Under the pieces are notes generated by a model. It saw only the letters and a program-made list of their open reading frames with translations. It had not been told where the DNA came from and made no database searches. From NCBI GenBank assembly GCA_029098225.1, contig JAQXNX010000032.1, forward strand, positions 256,005-320,004: a DNA stretch of 64,000 nt, read 5' to 3'. Shown piece by piece: positions 19,658 through 30,456 of the stretch. The stretch's first letter is position 1; every line of letters starts with the position of its first letter. Made by a program: the position numbers and the translations under genes. This stretch comes from Spirochaetales bacterium. GTDB taxonomy: Bacteria > Spirochaetota > Spirochaetia > Treponematales > Treponemataceae.

Positions 19658-20542
19658 TTAATTTAATACTAAAATGTATCCAGAACGAGTTTTTTTAAAA
19701 TCCATTCTCTCCAGTAACGGAGTTAAAAATTCTGGAATTATGAAATCCGGTAAAATAACCCATTTTTTACCAGTTTCTTTAATTCTGGAAATAGAAAGTG
19801 AAAGTAGTTCTGTCCCTATTCCAAGTCCACGAAAATTTTCAGAAACATAAAAACTTGTTACAAAAACAAGATTTTTCTGATTTTCTAAACAGGGTGAGTA
19901 AGTTATACAACCCGCAAATTCATCCGAAAGACTGTAACAAATTTGTCCTGATTGACCGATTTTTTCAGCCCTTTCAAACTGATTTTTCCACATTTCATAA
20001 AATGCATCAGTAACTTTAGACGGTAACTCATCATCACACCATTCTGCTGTTGAAATATTTAAAAGGATTTTTTCTTTATCTTCAGACTTATAATCCGTAA
20101 AGGAAAAATCATCTTGAACAAGATATTCATCTGAAGAAGGAATACTATCTAATTTTTCTAATCCCCATACTTCACACAGTTGATTGTACCATTCAGTTAT
20201 TACGGCACGCATTGTTCTATATTTAAAAGTGTGCCATCGCTTTTCAACTTCAGGGTACTTTTTTAAAACATCCCTAAAATTTCTAAACACCCCCCTTCCA
20301 GAATGCAGTGTTTCCTGTAAATCTTCTTTTGCCAATGGAACATGAAGTAAAGAAACAAAAGTTTCCCTCATAGAAAAACCATCAGCCGAACTCCATCCCG
20401 GTATCTTATACAATCTTTCCTCATCAGACTCTTTACTCTCAACAATTGATTTTGTCTGAGCATCTACACAAAATTCTCCCGTTTGATTTTCCATGGCAGA
20501 GAGAATTTCGTCTGTCAATGTATCCGATAACTCAAAGGTCAT
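19658..20542 (-). CDS. UPF0158-like N-terminal domain fused to GNAT acetyltransferase
   Basis: LQETLHSGRGVFRNFRDVL...EKRWHTF (UPF0158-like); FYVSENFRGLGIGTELL (GNAT motif A). Confidence 0.75.
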   Translation of the reverse strand: MTFELSDTLTDEILSAMENQTGEFCVDAQTKSIVESKESDEERLYKIPGWSSADGFSMRETFVSLLHVPLAKEDLQETLHSGRGVFRNFRDVLKKYPEVEKRWHTFKYRTMRAVITEWYNQLCEVWGLEKLDSIPSSDEYLVQDDFSFTDYKSEDKEKILLNISTAEWCDDELPSKVTDAFYEMWKNQFERAEKIGQSGQICYSLSDEFAGCITYSPCLENQKNLVFVTSFYVSENFRGLGIGTELLSLSISRIKETGKKWVILPDFIIPEFLTPLLERMDFKKTRSGYILVLN

Positions 20543-20554
20543 ATATAAATAATT

Positions 20555-21178
20555 TTATTTTTTCTTAAAAAAATCTTTCTTTTCTACTATCTTGCTTATA
20601 AGACCATAATTTACAGCTTCTTCACTATCAAGCCAGAAATCACGTTCTGTATCTTTTACAACCTGTTTTAAAGCCATTCCAGTTTCATCAGAAATGATTT
20701 TATTTAATTTTGCACGGATTTTTTCCATGTCTTTTGCATAAATTTCTATATCTGTAGCAACACCGCGCATTCCACCTAATGGCTGATGAATAAGATAACG
20801 GCTGTTTGGAAGACCAAATCGCTTTTCTTTTGGAACTGCAAGCAATACCAGAGTTGCAGCAGAAGCTATTAAACCCATTCCAATAAGGATAACTGGAGCC
20901 GTTACAAACCGAATCATGTCAAAAATTGCAAATCCGGCATCTACATCTCCGCCCGGAGAGTCAATATACATATAAACAGGTGCTTTTGAATCTTCAGAAT
21001 CAAGAATAAGCAGCTGGCGAACAATACTGTCTGCTAATTCTTTATTAATTTCGCCAGTAAGAATAATCTGACGTGTCTTTAAAAATCTGTCAGAAAAAGG
21101 ATCCGGCGCCTTCTGATTTTTTTTCTCTTCTTCGTCATCATCTGCCAGAGGCATATTATAAATTGAACTAAATTTCAT
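20555..21178 (-). CDS. clpP: ATP-dependent Clp protease proteolytic subunit
   Basis: YIDSPGG, IASAAT (Ser), YLIHQP (His), DTERDFWL. Confidence 0.96.
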   Translation of the reverse strand: MKFSSIYNMPLADDDEEEKKNQKAPDPFSDRFLKTRQIILTGEINKELADSIVRQLLILDSEDSKAPVYMYIDSPGGDVDAGFAIFDMIRFVTAPVILIGMGLIASAATLVLLAVPKEKRFGLPNSRYLIHQPLGGMRGVATDIEIYAKDMEKIRAKLNKIISDETGMALKQVVKDTERDFWLDSEEAVNYGLISKIVEKKDFFKKK

Positions 21179-21218
21179 ATTACTAATATAGCGAATTCCC
21201 TGTTAGTTTTCAATTAAA

Positions 21219-23117
21219 TTAAACAATAAACTGTTCCACGTGATTATGAATTTTGTCTACAGAATTCATGTTACCGGCTGCAGAGCTGTCTACAAGCGAA
21301 ATTGTATTTTTCATGTTTGCAGTAGCCTCAAAACTTTCTTTTACAGCTGCACGCGTAGATTTTGAAGCCTGAACTACAGCATTCATGGAATCACGAAGCT
21401 TTCCGGCTTCTTCAGTTTCTTCTTCAGCAAGACCACGAATTGCTTCAATTGCTTCTACCATAGCTTCTGAAGCCTGTTTTGTTTCGTTAGCACCTTGATT
21501 CTGCTGAATCATTGCATCATAAATATCTTTTACCAAAAGTGCATTTTCTGAAACATTTTCAGTAATTTTTTCGAACGCTTGTCCGGCAGAAGAAATAGCT
21601 TCTGCACCAGCCTGCGTTTTTTCCATCATTTCTTTAATTTTTACCTGAATATTTCGTGCGCTTGAAGATGAAGAAGCAGCTAGAGATCGAACCTCATCTG
21701 CAACAACAGCAAAGCCGGCACCAAATTCGCCGGCATGGGCTGCCTCAATTGCAGCATTCATCGAAAGAAGATTTGTCTGCGCAGCAATTGTCTGAATAAC
21801 AACAAGCAGTTTTTTAACTTCTTCCGAAACACTCTGAATTTCTTTCATAGTTACAACAGCATGTTCAACAGCATTATTTCCAACTGAACTTCTTTCAGAA
21901 AGATCCATAGAAACTTCCTGTGCTCTTTTTGCAGTTTCTGTAACACTGGAAATATTATCTGTAATTCTTGCGATTGCTCCAGAAATATTTTTTACAGATT
22001 CAGTCTGCTGCGTAATATGAAGTTTTACTGTATCAATACTGTCAGAGAGCATTTTGATGTTTTCTTCGGTAATATCAACCAGTTCATCCTGTTTCTGACT
22101 GTTTTCATCAATTCTGGAAAGAGAATTAGAAACTACATCCAGAGCTCCATTTGCAGTATCTGCAGACTTGGATAAAACTGCAGCAGATTCTGTAACAAGA
22201 GAAGTTTCTGTTTTAAAGTCTTTTATCATGCTCGAAAGCTTGGCAATAAGAGTATTTATGGAAGAAATTAATCCGCCAATATCATCAATTACAGTAATAT
22301 CAATTCGGCGGGTAAGATCTCCGTTATTTGCAATATCGCCTAAAAGCTTTGAAGTAATTTTAATACGCTTTGAAAGTCCTCTCAAAACTGTAAGGAATGG
22401 AATAATACCAATCATAGTAGAAAGAACTATACAAAGAGAACCTTTCTTAAAGAATTCAGTCAAAAGATCACCTTTAAAAACCCCATTATGAGATTCCAGA
22501 AGAATTCCATAAGGAACGGTAATCATATTAATTCCCAGAAAATAAATTACAAGAAAAAATACAAGAATTATAGAAACAGAGATTCCATAAGTTTTCCCCT
22601 TATACGCTGAAATTGAAGAAATACCAAGTCTCTGTCTTTTTTTAATAAGCATATAATCTACAATTTTAATTGCCGTAATTGCAGAAATTCCTCCGAATCC
22701 CATAGCCTGAGCAACTACAAGGAAAACTCTGGAAAAATAATAAACATTGCTTCCATTAACAATTCCAAGAATTACTATAATAATCTGTCCGATAAAAAAA
22801 CCAATAATATTTGCAGTAATAATAAGTCCGATGATTTTTTTGTAACTCTTTATACAGATTCCAATTTCTTCTTCTGTAGCAGACCTGTTTTCTTTTTTGA
22901 TTCTTTTAAGAATCTGATCAAAAGGCTTTGCAAAAAAGTATCCAAGGATAACTGCAATAATTAAAAGCAGGGAAGCAACCATAATATTTGGAAGCGTTCC
23001 ACCCCACATTGCTTCAATCTCATTGTAAATAAACTCCAGCGCAAACCATCTCAACACTAAGACACTTGTATAAGTGACTGACAACAATACAACAACAAAT
23101 GTTCCAAAAACTGTCAT
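21219..23117 (-). CDS. MCP with multi-TM membrane-embedded sensor region
   Basis: About six hydrophobic segments in the first 250 aa, HAMP-like [14 protein letters not shown] core [17 protein letters not shown]. Confidence 0.9.
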   Translation of the reverse strand: MTVFGTFVVVLLSVTYTSVLVLRWFALEFIYNEIEAMWGGTLPNIMVASLLLIIAVILGYFFAKPFDQILKRIKKENRSATEEEIGICIKSYKKIIGLIITANIIGFFIGQIIIVILGIVNGSNVYYFSRVFLVVAQAMGFGGISAITAIKIVDYMLIKKRQRLGISSISAYKGKTYGISVSIILVFFLVIYFLGINMITVPYGILLESHNGVFKGDLLTEFFKKGSLCIVLSTMIGIIPFLTVLRGLSKRIKITSKLLGDIANNGDLTRRIDITVIDDIGGLISSINTLIAKLSSMIKDFKTETSLVTESAAVLSKSADTANGALDVVSNSLSRIDENSQKQDELVDITEENIKMLSDSIDTVKLHITQQTESVKNISGAIARITDNISSVTETAKRAQEVSMDLSERSSVGNNAVEHAVVTMKEIQSVSEEVKKLLVVIQTIAAQTNLLSMNAAIEAAHAGEFGAGFAVVADEVRSLAASSSSSARNIQVKIKEMMEKTQAGAEAISSAGQAFEKITENVSENALLVKDIYDAMIQQNQGANETKQASEAMVEAIEAIRGLAEEETEEAGKLRDSMNAVVQASKSTRAAVKESFEATANMKNTISLVDSSAAGNMNSVDKIHNHVEQFIV

Positions 23118-23242
23118 AATATTACAATTATAAGAGAGGATTATTCAAAAATCTAGAAAAAAAGAAATAAACGCTTTAGACGGTATTCTAGTATTTTTAG
23201 CCAAAGTTTTATTACAGCAGAAGTGACAATCCATACACGTTC

Positions 23243-23271
23243 TTCACAGACCGCTCAATTTTTACTATAAT
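23243..23271 (+). promoter_or_regulatory. sigma70-type promoter of leuS
   Basis: TTCACA, 17 nt, TATAAT. Confidence 0.65.
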
Positions 23272-23294
23272 ATTTCAATCATTTTAAATAAATT

Positions 23295-23388
23295 GTGAGG
23301 CGCTTATACGTCCACGTCAAGGCACGCTACGCTTAAAGCTGATGCCTTGTCCGTTTACGTGCCTCACTAAAAATCGTGAGGCGCTTAT
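23295..23388 (+). repeat. hairpin element bounded by a 13-bp direct repeat in the leuS 5' UTR
   Basis: GTGAGGCGCTTAT at 23295-23307 and 23376-23388; GCCTCAC at 23361-23367 is complementary to both; inner CAAGGCA/TGCCTTG stem. Confidence 0.85.
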
Positions 23389-25939
23389 GTCAAAATATCC
23401 ATTTGAATCGATTGAGCCTAAATGGCAGAAGTATTGGGACGAACACAAAACTTTTAAGGTAACTGAGGACGAAAAGTATCCTGCAGATAAACGCATGTAT
23501 GTCCTTGATATGTTCCCTTATCCAAGTGCAGCCGGACTACATGTAGGACATCCGGAAGGCTACACCGCAACAGATATTTACTGCCGCTACCTAAGAATGA
23601 ATGGATATAACGTACTCCATCCTATGGGATACGACGCTTTCGGTCTTCCTGCAGAAAACTATGCAATTAAGACTGGAACTCATCCAAAGACAACAACTAA
23701 CGCAAACATAGAACACTTTACACAGCAGATTAAATCTCTTGGCTTCAGCTACGACTGGGACCGCTGTGTATCTACCTGTGAGCCTGACTATTATAAATGG
23801 ACACAGTGGATTTTCCTCCAGCTCTACAAGAGGGGCTTGGCATACGAAGCACAGACTCCAATCAACTGGTGTCCTTCTTGTATGACAGGTCTTGCCAACG
23901 AGGAAGTAAAAGACGGCAAGTGTGACCGCTGTGGTGCAGAAGTAACTCACAAAACAATCCGCCAGTGGATTTTGAAGATTACTGATTATGCAGACCGCCT
24001 TGATGCAGACCTCGAAGGACTCGACTGGCCGGAAAGCGTAAAGGCAATGCAGCACAACTGGATTGGAAAATCAACAGGTGCCGAAGTTACCTTTACTGTA
24101 GCAGATAAGGACGGAAAGCCAACTGATAACAAGCTCACCGTTTACACTACCCGCTGTGATACTCTCTTCGGAGCAACTTACATGGTAGTTTCGCCGGAAC
24201 ACAAGATTATTCCGGAAATCACAACACCAGAACAGGCAGATGCTGTAAAGGCTTATCAGGAAGCAGCAGCTAAAAAGTCTGACCTTGAGCGTACAGACCT
24301 TGCAAAAGATAAGACCGGTGTATTCAGCGGAAGCTATGCAATCAACCCTGTAAACGGAAAGCTCATTCCAATCTGGATTGCAGACTACGTTTTGATTTCT
24401 TACGGTACTGGTGCAATTATGGCCGTACCTGCTCACGATGACCGCGACTGGGAATTCGCCAAGAAGTTTAACCTGCCAATCATCGAAGTTTTGAAGAGCG
24501 AAGTTGACGTACAGCAGCAGGCCTGGACTCAGGACGGAATCCACGTAAACTCAGAATTCCTCGATGGTCTTAACAAGGCAGACGCAATTGCCAAGATGCT
24601 GGAATTCCTTGAAGAAAAGAAAATCGGCCGCAAGGCTATTAACTATAAACTGCGCGACTGGGTTTACAGCCGCCAGCGCTACTGGGGTGAACCAATTCCT
24701 CTGGTACACTGTCCAGACTGTGGAACAGTTCCAGTGCCGGAAGAAGAGCTCCCATTGAAGCTTCCTGAGGTAAAATCATATCAGCCTACAGGAACCGGTG
24801 AGTCTCCACTTGCTGCTATTGATTCCTGGGTAAACTGCAAGTGTCCAAAGTGCGGAAAACCTGCTAAGCGCGAAACAAACACAATGCCTCAGTGGGGAGG
24901 AAGCTGCTGGTACTACCTCCGCTACCTTGACCCTCACAACGATAAACAATTCTGTGCTCCGGAAAAAGAAAAATATTGGATGCCTGTAGACCTTTACATT
25001 GGTGGTGCTGAGCACGCCGTACTTCACCTGCTCTACGCACGCTTCTGGCACAAGGTACTTTATGATATTGGAGTTGTTTCTACAAAAGAACCGTTCCAGC
25101 GCCTTGTAAACCAGGGTATGATTACTTCATTTGCCTTCCAGCGCAAAAATAAAACCCTCGTTCCAGTTGATGAAGTTGAACAGCGTGATAACGGAAAATA
25201 CTATGAAAAGGCAACCGGCGAAGAGCTTGAGCAGATTGTTGCAAAGATGTCTAAGTCTTTGAAGAACGTAGTAAATCCTGATGATGAAATTAAGGCTTAT
25301 GGTGCAGACTCTGTTCGTATGTACGAAATGTTCATGGGACCACTTACAATGTCTAAGCCATGGGCAACACAGGGTATTGTTGGTATTCACCGCTTCCTCG
25401 AAAAAGTATGGTCAGTAAGCGAAAAGCCAATGGCTGATATCGACATCAACGGCAAGCTCGAAGACAAGGCACTTATCAGCGCCCGCAAGACCTTTGCCCA
25501 GACAATCAAAAAGGTAACTGATGATACTGCTACATTGAACTTCAACACAGCAATCAGCCAGATGATGATTTTCATCAACGAGCTTTCAAAGCTTCCGGAA
25601 GTTCCTCGCGCTATGTGGTCAGATTTCGTAAAGGTACTCTCACCTTACGCACCACACCTCGGCGACGAGCTCTGGGAAAAACTTGGCAACAAAGAAACTA
25701 TTGCTTACGTTGCATGGCCAACAGTAAATGCAGACTTCACAAAAGATGATGCAAAGACAATTGTTGTAATGGTAAACGGAAAAAAGCGCGATACCTTCGA
25801 AGCAGCACCAGGCAGCTCTGACGCTCAGCTTAAAGAAACAGCATTTGCGCGTGATGGTGTAAAGAAATTTACAGACGGCCATGAACTCGTAAAGGTAATT
25901 GTTGTTAAGGATAAACTGGTCAATATCGTTGTACGCTAA
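23387..25939 (+). CDS. leuS: leucyl-tRNA synthetase
   Basis: [34 protein letters not shown]; GAGG SD before ATG 23387. Confidence 0.98.
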   Translation: MSKYPFESIEPKWQKYWDEHKTFKVTEDEKYPADKRMYVLDMFPYPSAAGLHVGHPEGYTATDIYCRYLRMNGYNVLHPMGYDAFGLPAENYAIKTGTHPKTTTNANIEHFTQQIKSLGFSYDWDRCVSTCEPDYYKWTQWIFLQLYKRGLAYEAQTPINWCPSCMTGLANEEVKDGKCDRCGAEVTHKTIRQWILKITDYADRLDADLEGLDWPESVKAMQHNWIGKSTGAEVTFTVADKDGKPTDNKLTVYTTRCDTLFGATYMVVSPEHKIIPEITTPEQADAVKAYQEAAAKKSDLERTDLAKDKTGVFSGSYAINPVNGKLIPIWIADYVLISYGTGAIMAVPAHDDRDWEFAKKFNLPIIEVLKSEVDVQQQAWTQDGIHVNSEFLDGLNKADAIAKMLEFLEEKKIGRKAINYKLRDWVYSRQRYWGEPIPLVHCPDCGTVPVPEEELPLKLPEVKSYQPTGTGESPLAAIDSWVNCKCPKCGKPAKRETNTMPQWGGSCWYYLRYLDPHNDKQFCAPEKEKYWMPVDLYIGGAEHAVLHLLYARFWHKVLYDIGVVSTKEPFQRLVNQGMITSFAFQRKNKTLVPVDEVEQRDNGKYYEKATGEELEQIVAKMSKSLKNVVNPDDEIKAYGADSVRMYEMFMGPLTMSKPWATQGIVGIHRFLEKVWSVSEKPMADIDINGKLEDKALISARKTFAQTIKKVTDDTATLNFNTAISQMMIFINELSKLPEVPRAMWSDFVKVLSPYAPHLGDELWEKLGNKETIAYVAWPTVNADFTKDDAKTIVVMVNGKKRDTFEAAPGSSDAQLKETAFARDGVKKFTDGHELVKVIVVKDKLVNIVVR

Positions 25940-25946
25940 TAAGCTG

Positions 25947-25991
25947 GTCAAGGCACTTTTTACTTAGATAATTTATACAAAGTGCCTTGAC
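25947..25991. terminator. 13-bp perfect inverted repeat after leuS (terminator or REP-like)
   Basis: GTCAAGGCACTTT / AAAGTGCCTTGAC; lacks a clean U-tract. Confidence 0.55.
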
Positions 25992-26016
25992 TCAACTGTT
26001 TTTGCGGGAGTTAAAA

Positions 26017-26700
26017 ATGTCAAAAGAAATCATCTCAAAATTATTTTCTGTTCAGGATTCTGAATATAAAGAATTTCAAAGCAGGCTTGTTCCGAATATT
26101 TCTCCAGATTCCATGATTGGCATAAGAACTCCGCAAATGCGCAAAATTGCAAAAGAAATCAACGGCACGCAAATAGCAGAAAATTTTTTATCTGAACTTC
26201 CACATAAATATTACGAAGAAAATCTAATTCATTTTTTTCTTATAGCTATGGTTAAAGATTTTAATGAATGCATAAATAAACTCGAGACTTTTCTGCCATA
26301 TATTGACTGCTGGCCGGTATGTGACCAGTCCAGCCCAAAAGTTTTTAAGAAAAACCATGAACAACTCTTGCCATACATAAAAAAATGGATTTCTTCGCCG
26401 CACGTTTATACAGCAAGATTTGGCATGCGTATATTAATGAATGAATTTCTGGATGAAGATTTTAAGGAAGAATATCTGGAACTTGTAGCTTCAAAAAAAG
26501 GGGATGATTATTATTTAAAAATGATGATTGCCTGGTATTTTGCTACAGCACTTGCAAAACAATATGATTCGGCTATCAGCTTTATAGAACATCGAAAACT
26601 TGAACAATGGACTCATAACAAAGCTATTCAAAAAGCGCTTGAAAGTTTTAGAGTTTCAGAAGAACATAAAGATTATCTGCGCACATTGCGATGGATTTAA
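26017..26700 (+). CDS. DNA alkylation repair protein (AlkD-like HEAT-repeat family)
   Basis: GIRTPQMRKIAK, YIDCWPVCD, YYLKMMIAWYFATAL; GGAG SD before ATG 26017. Confidence 0.88.
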   Translation: MSKEIISKLFSVQDSEYKEFQSRLVPNISPDSMIGIRTPQMRKIAKEINGTQIAENFLSELPHKYYEENLIHFFLIAMVKDFNECINKLETFLPYIDCWPVCDQSSPKVFKKNHEQLLPYIKKWISSPHVYTARFGMRILMNEFLDEDFKEEYLELVASKKGDDYYLKMMIAWYFATALAKQYDSAISFIEHRKLEQWTHNKAIQKALESFRVSEEHKDYLRTLRWI

Positions 26701-26717
26701 ACCCATAATATTAAAAA

Positions 26718-28568
26718 ATGGAGTTACAAATGAAAGAAAAAAAGTCTAAAACTCGGGTCAACGCCCTGCGTAATAATTTTTACGCCCTGCGCCTTGTCTG
26801 GAAAATCTGTCCCGGACCTGTTCTCCACATGGCAATTGCAAGACTTCTCTCTTACTTCGGCTGGCTTTTTTACAGCGCCTTCTTTATGCGCTATGTAATT
26901 AATGCCCTGCAGTCGGGTGAAAGCTTTAAGACAATTATGATTTTTATTGGAATCACGATTGCAGTTTTTGCGAGCATGGCTCTTTACAACAGCTACATTC
27001 AGGGCTATATTGCACCGGTTGCAAATGCAAGACTAAACAAAGGACTTTATCAGCAGCTCTTCAAAAAATCCAGCAATGTTGAACTGGAATGTTTTGAGAA
27101 CTCAGATTTTTATGATAAATATACTCTGGCCATGAAGAATGCCGACACAAATCTTTATAACACCGTAGACCAGTTATTCGGCGTTATATTTGGATTTATT
27201 GCCAGCATTTTTGCCTTCTTCTTTATGTTTCAGGTAGACAAGTTTTCCGTTCTCTTTATTATCTTTCCGATAATCGGAAACTTTTTCTTCCGCCGCCTTT
27301 TAAACCATATTGAGTTTAACCGTCAGAAGGACATGGCTCCTCATAACCGCCGCGTAGACTACATCAACCGCGTAATGTACCTCAAAGACTACGCCAAGGA
27401 AATTCGTCTTACAAATATTTTCAATCTCCTCAAACGCCAGTACACCGATGCGATTCAGGGGCTGGTAGAAGTTATTAAAAAGTACATCGCAAAATCTGTA
27501 CTCTTCCACTGGTTCTGGGTTCAGTTCACCTTCTCCTTTATTTTTGAAGGCCTTTTGATTTATGGTGCCTACCGAACGTTAGTTAGTTCTACTATGTCAC
27601 TGGCCCAGCTTGCCGTTATTACCAGCATGATGGTTTCTACCACCTGGATTCTCATTGGCTTTACAGACTCTGTTACTGCCAGTTTAAAAAACGGCCTTTT
27701 CGTAGAATACCTTCGTTCCTTCCTTGAATACGAAGAAAAAATTCCGGAAGATTATGATGGAGCCGATCCTGGCCGGACAATTGAATCCATCGAATTCCGT
27801 AACGTCGGCTTTGCCTATAAGGATGCACCTGTCCTTTCAAATCTCAACATGAAATTTGAAGGCGGCAAAACTTACGCTCTTGTAGGCCATAACGGAGCCG
27901 GAAAATCTACAATCATAAAACTTCTTCTCCGCTTTTACGACCCGACTCAAGGAGAGATTCTTCTCAACGGACGCAACATCAAAGAATATAATCTTCAGAA
28001 ATACCGCGCTCTTTTTGCAACCGCCTTTCAGGATAACCGAATGTTCTCTATGAGCGTTGCAGACAACGTAACACTTGGCGAAGACCTTCCGGCTGACAAA
28101 CGCGAAGCAATCGTAACAGAGGCCCTTAAGCTTTCCGGAGTTTACGACAAGGTTACAAGTCTTCCAAAGGGAATCAACACTACCCTCACCCGCGAATTTG
28201 ATGACGAGGGCGCTGTTCTTTCCGGCGGAGAGTTCCAGAAAATAGTTGTATCGCGAGCCTTCGCCCGCTCCTGCCCTGTTAAGGTTTTTGACGAACCTTC
28301 CAGCGCCCTGGACCCGATTGCTGAATATCAGCTTTTCGACAACATTTTAAAGGCCTGCAAGGAAAACACCCTGCTCTTTATTTCGCACCGCCTTTCTTCT
28401 GTTCAAAATGCAGACCACGTATTCCTGCTTGAGCAGGGCCAGGTAAAGGAAGAAGGCACCCACCGCGAGCTTTTAGACTGCAAAGGTCTTTACGCAGACA
28501 TGTACCAAAAACAGGCAGAAAACTACCTGGCAGACAAATCAAAACAAAGGGAGGGAATCTGGGCATGA
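26718..28568 (+). CDS. ABC exporter, fused permease/ATPase (subunit 1)
   Basis: TM domain, GHNGAGKST, LSGGEFQK, VFDEP, ISHR; start may be 26730. Confidence 0.93.
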   Translation: MELQMKEKKSKTRVNALRNNFYALRLVWKICPGPVLHMAIARLLSYFGWLFYSAFFMRYVINALQSGESFKTIMIFIGITIAVFASMALYNSYIQGYIAPVANARLNKGLYQQLFKKSSNVELECFENSDFYDKYTLAMKNADTNLYNTVDQLFGVIFGFIASIFAFFFMFQVDKFSVLFIIFPIIGNFFFRRLLNHIEFNRQKDMAPHNRRVDYINRVMYLKDYAKEIRLTNIFNLLKRQYTDAIQGLVEVIKKYIAKSVLFHWFWVQFTFSFIFEGLLIYGAYRTLVSSTMSLAQLAVITSMMVSTTWILIGFTDSVTASLKNGLFVEYLRSFLEYEEKIPEDYDGADPGRTIESIEFRNVGFAYKDAPVLSNLNMKFEGGKTYALVGHNGAGKSTIIKLLLRFYDPTQGEILLNGRNIKEYNLQKYRALFATAFQDNRMFSMSVADNVTLGEDLPADKREAIVTEALKLSGVYDKVTSLPKGINTTLTREFDDEGAVLSGGEFQKIVVSRAFARSCPVKVFDEPSSALDPIAEYQLFDNILKACKENTLLFISHRLSSVQNADHVFLLEQGQVKEEGTHRELLDCKGLYADMYQKQAENYLADKSKQREGIWA

Positions 28569-30433
28569 CACACAATTTAAGACCACACATTTACGGACCA
28601 GCATCCAAGGACACAGACAACACAGGAAAGAAGAAGTCCCGCAGCACCGTCTGGAAAAATCAGCTTTTTCTCTGGAAGCTCTGCTTTAAAACCTGCCCGG
28701 CCTTTATGATTTATCATCTTTACGACGCCTTCCGCTATCAGGGAATGATATTTCTTGAGCACGTACTGGGAATCCGCTACATATTGCGCTGTGCAGAATT
28801 TCACGAGCCTTTCACAAAAGCTGCTTTCTACATCGGCATGATTCTTCTTATCAATATGATTCAGATTATCCCGGACGGCTTTTACTGCTACAGCTGGAAG
28901 TTCAAATGTAAGCCAAAGCTTTACCGGGCCCTTAAGGAAGAGATGTTCAAAAAGGCCTCTAAGATTGACCTCTACTGCTACGACGACCCGGCCTACTACA
29001 ACGACTTTGTCCTCAGCGTTTCTGAATCGGAAAATGCAATAGACCGCTTCCTCGACCTTTTGAACATGGCAGTTCAGGCACTCACGACTCTTTTCACAAC
29101 AGGAATCTTCTTCCTTGTTCTGGACCCGATTGGAGTTGTCTTTGTTTTTGCTTCCTTTATTTTCCGCTTCTTTGTTTCTAAAAAACTCAACAAGGTTAAT
29201 TACGAAAACCGCCTTGCAACAAATCCTTCTATCCGAAAGCGTGATTATGTTAGCCGTGTTTTTTATCTTAAGGATTATGCCAAGGAGCTTCGCCTTCACC
29301 CGAATGCAGGAAAGCAGCTGGAAGAAGAGTTTGCCCAGGCCAATGATGTGATTATCAGCGAGCACAAAAAGGTTGCCGCAAAGCGTGTCTGGTTCCAGTT
29401 CTTAAAGGATTATGGTGTCGGCGACTTTTTGATTGACGGACTTTACATTTCATACCTTGTTTACAAGGCAGCAGTTCTTCACACGGTAAATTACAGTGAT
29501 GCGGTAATCCTCTTCAACCGCACCGGAAGCTTGCGTGGCTCTATGGGTAAGTTTGCCGACCTGGGACCTAAGGCTCATGAAAACTCAATGTTTGTCGACA
29601 AGATACGTTCTTTCCTTGCCTACGAACCTCGTCTTAAAGATGATTTGGGAGATGCAGTACCTGAGGGAGCCGGTGAACTCAAACTGGAGCATGTAACTTT
29701 CAAGTATTCCGAAAACGGCCGAACCGTTCTTGATGATATTTCCCTCAGCGTAAAGCCTGGAGAACACATAGCAATCGTAGGCTACAACGGTGCGGGAAAA
29801 ACTACCCTCATCAAACTGCTCATGCGCCTTTACGACCCGACCAGCGGCTCCATAAGCTATCACGACCGCAAGATTACAGAGTTCTGTCCCCGCGAATATC
29901 ATAAGCGAATTGGAGTTGTATTCCAGGACTTTCAGATGTTCGGTGCAAACCTTGCAGAAAATGTTGTAATGGATAATATGACAAAAGAAGAAGAGGAAGA
30001 GCGGGCCCCTCAGATTACAGCTGCCCTCACTTCTGCAGGCTTTGGCGAAAAGCTGTCTCATCTGCAGGACGGACTCTTTACTCAGGTAACCACCGAATTC
30101 GACAAGTCCGGCGTAGACTTCTCCGGCGGCGAAAGTCAGAAGGTTGCGATTTCGCGTGCCTTCTACAAAAATGCCGACATTTTAATTATGGACGAGCCAT
30201 CCAGTGCCCTGGACCCTATTGCCGAATACGAGCTCAACAAGGCCATGGAAAGTGCGGCAAAGGGAAAGACAGTATTCTATATTTCTCACCGTCTTTCCAC
30301 GACCCGCGACGCAGACCGCATCATCATGCTGGAACGCGGCCGCATAATTGAAGAAGGCACCCACACCGAGCTCCTTGCGCGTAAAGGCAAGTATGCCGAA
30401 ATGTGGAACGCCCAGGCCGGAAAGTATAATTAA
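28565..30433 (+). CDS. ABC exporter, fused permease/ATPase (subunit 2)
   Basis: GYNGAGKTT, FSGGESQK, IMDEP, ISHR; ATGA overlap with subunit 1. Confidence 0.93.
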   Translation: MTHNLRPHIYGPASKDTDNTGKKKSRSTVWKNQLFLWKLCFKTCPAFMIYHLYDAFRYQGMIFLEHVLGIRYILRCAEFHEPFTKAAFYIGMILLINMIQIIPDGFYCYSWKFKCKPKLYRALKEEMFKKASKIDLYCYDDPAYYNDFVLSVSESENAIDRFLDLLNMAVQALTTLFTTGIFFLVLDPIGVVFVFASFIFRFFVSKKLNKVNYENRLATNPSIRKRDYVSRVFYLKDYAKELRLHPNAGKQLEEEFAQANDVIISEHKKVAAKRVWFQFLKDYGVGDFLIDGLYISYLVYKAAVLHTVNYSDAVILFNRTGSLRGSMGKFADLGPKAHENSMFVDKIRSFLAYEPRLKDDLGDAVPEGAGELKLEHVTFKYSENGRTVLDDISLSVKPGEHIAIVGYNGAGKTTLIKLLMRLYDPTSGSISYHDRKITEFCPREYHKRIGVVFQDFQMFGANLAENVVMDNMTKEEEEERAPQITAALTSAGFGEKLSHLQDGLFTQVTTEFDKSGVDFSGGESQKVAISRAFYKNADILIMDEPSSALDPIAEYELNKAMESAAKGKTVFYISHRLSTTRDADRIIMLERGRIIEEGTHTELLARKGKYAEMWNAQAGKYN

Positions 30434-30456
30434 CCGTCCCCCTGAACACACGTGAT

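Noticed and set aside
23272-23386. T-box riboswitch upstream of leuS
   Set aside because: Leader is only about 110 nt, with no TGGNACC-type T-box motif or terminator.
23591-25951. Several 60-157 aa antisense ORFs over leuS
   Set aside because: Shadows of a GC-richer, codon-biased gene; no SD, no motifs.
28577-30451. 262-aa and 158-aa antisense ORFs over the ABC pair
   Set aside because: Antisense open frames expected from high GC3; fully overlap a well-supported gene.
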